Below, in pieces: positions 19,781-21,227 of a DNA stretch of 21,227 nt (positions are counted from its first letter, which is position 1; each line of letters begins with the position of its first letter). The notes beneath the pieces were generated by a model. That model saw only the letters and a program-made list of their open reading frames with translations, was not told where the DNA came from and did not search any database. Source of the DNA: Octopus sinensis (Eukaryota); the NCBI RefSeq assembly GCF_006345805.1, contig NW_021823761.1:1-21227 (forward strand), written 5' to 3'. Made by a program: the position numbers and the translations under genes.

Positions 19781-20135
19781 ACAATTGCAGCGTGGAAGGT
19801 GTTTATAAGCCCATTTAAGAAACACACAAAAGCCGTTCGATTCACTTCAACATTAAGTTTAATTTGTCAAAATATTTTCTTCGCTCTTTCTATTTTTCAC
19901 GCTAAATCCGCGACTTTCACTGACAAAATCCTCCGCACGGATTTTTGTCAGTGAACAGGTCGCGGATTTTAGCGAAGAAAATATTTTGACAAATTAAACT
20001 TAAATGTTGAAGTGAATCGAACGGCTTTTGTGTGTTTCTTAAATGGCTTATAAACACCTTCCACGCTGCAATTGTTTTCGTTTCAGCACACGATCTCAGA
20101 TCAAATTTACTTGCTATGCGAGTACATCTCCGTAA
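19781..20135. mobile_element. Palindromic element (arms 19781-19931 and 19939-20075, 7-nt spacer, plus a 60-bp unpaired right extension) between (TA)n tracts; probably Penelope-derived
   Basis: ACAATTGCAGCGTGGAAGG... is the exact reverse complement of ...CCTTCCACGCTGCAATTGT. The arms differ by an 18-bp insertion on the left and a few 1-2 nt indels. Contains hammerhead-like motifs. Confidence 0.85.
19944..19993 (+). ncRNA. Minimal type-I hammerhead ribozyme-like motif with a G3-C8 core variant
   Basis: Stem I TTTGTCA/TGACAAA (7 of 7); core GTGAACA; stem II TCGC/GCGA with a G.A at the base; GAA; palindromic stem III AATATT; H17=U at 19986. Folded by eye only. Confidence 0.55.
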
Positions 20136-20139
20136 TATA

Positions 20140-20182
<43 letters not shown>

Positions 20183-20194
20183 TAAAATTATATG

Positions 20195-20277
<83 letters not shown>

Positions 20278-20278
20278 C

Positions 20279-20312
<34 letters not shown>

Positions 20313-20425
20313 ATACATATATATGTTTGTATGTATATATCTGTATGTATGTGTGTATGTATGCATGTATGTGTGTATGTATGTATGTGTGTATGTATGT
20401 ATGTATGTATGTGTGTTTATCTATG
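20135..20425. repeat. Compound microsatellite (TA/TATC/TATG)
   Basis: Directly visible. Confidence 0.95.
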
Positions 20426-20689
20426 TATTTATGTCTACAGCACTTTTTTAAAGACAATTAGACAAATTTGTTCAAGTTGGTCCCCGCCCTAAAACTGGGC
20501 CCAGCGCACACGCTCGGGCGGTGGGCGCTAGACTGAAATTAGTCCTTTGACTGCGTCAAACAAAAATATCAACAGGATTCTTTCTATTGCTGCGTGTGAT
20601 AAGCGAATTTACGCCTTGACTTTAAAAAGGTATCTATAAAAAAAGGCTTTAACAAAAACCTTGAAAGGCTTCTCAGATAAAACAGAAAG

Positions 20690-21100
20690 AGGCGCAGGAG
20701 TGGCTGTGTGGTAAATAGCTTGCTAACCAACAACATGGTTTCGGGTTCAGTCCCACTGCGTGGCACCTTGGGCAAGTGTCTTCTGCTATAGCCCCGGGCC
20801 AACCAATGCCATGTGAGTGGATTTGGTAGACGGAAACTGAAAGAAGCCTATCATATATATGTATACATATGTATATATGTGTATGTGTGTGTGTTTGTCC
20901 CCCTAGCATTGCTTGACACCGATGCTGGTGTGTTTACCGTCCCCGTCACTTAGCGGTTCGGCAAAAGAGACCGATAGAATAAGTACTGGGCTTACAAAGA
21001 ATAAGTCCCGGGGGTCGATTTGCTCGACTAAAGGCGGTGCTCCAGCATGGCCGCAGTCAAATGACTGAAACAAGTAAAAGATAAAAGATAAGAGATAAAG
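20690..21100 (+). mobile_element. SINE family A, full length
   Basis: AGGCGCAGGAGTGGCTGTGTGG ... GGGGTCGATTTGCTCGACTAAAGGCGGTGCTCCAGCATGGCCGCAGTCAAATGACTGAAACAAG, with an (AAAAGAT)n-like tail. Confidence 0.94.
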
Positions 21101-21227
21101 AAGACAAGCCTCTTTTTAGAAGACCCATTCATAAACAGTATGTTAGTAATTATCCTTACTAGTAATAAAACACCTTTCATATGAGCTTAAAACTTTTAGT
21201 ATATCATTGTGGCTAATTGTTGAACAT

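Noticed and set aside
15-20909. Most ORFs in the supplied track (YVCM, HTHT, IYLS, poly-I/L/Y/N peptides and SINE-derived PRCHAVGLNP peptides)
   Set aside because: They are stop-free translations of di-, tri- and tetranucleotide repeats or of SINE A/B consensus sequence, not genes.

Overview
AT-rich animal genomic DNA, dominated by microsatellites and interspersed repeats. The SINE repertoire looks like that of an Octopus-type cephalopod; this comes from recognising the repeats, not from a database search. The only credible host-gene signal is a + strand first coding exon at 992-1064. It encodes a signal-peptide-like MYQLHSLVLLTLQMVLLPVNFGKT followed by a phase-1 GTAAGA donor, so most of the remaining 20 kb is probably one large intron. 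That interval holds about 20 tRNA-headed SINE copies or fragments (working families A-D) and a Tc1 transposase relic. It also holds an R4/Dong-like RLE non-LTR retrotransposon fragment in (TAA)n, two stacked RTE 3' ends in (TATG)n, and a 295-bp palindrome between (TA)n tracts. The most notable observation is three minimal type-I hammerhead-ribozyme-like motifs of the Penelope-element kind, all on the + strand, at 12105, 17378 and 19944. The last has a G3-C8 swapped core and lies inside the palindrome. Almost all ORFs in the supplied track are microsatellite or SINE artefacts. SINE boundaries are approximate (about +/-10 bp).
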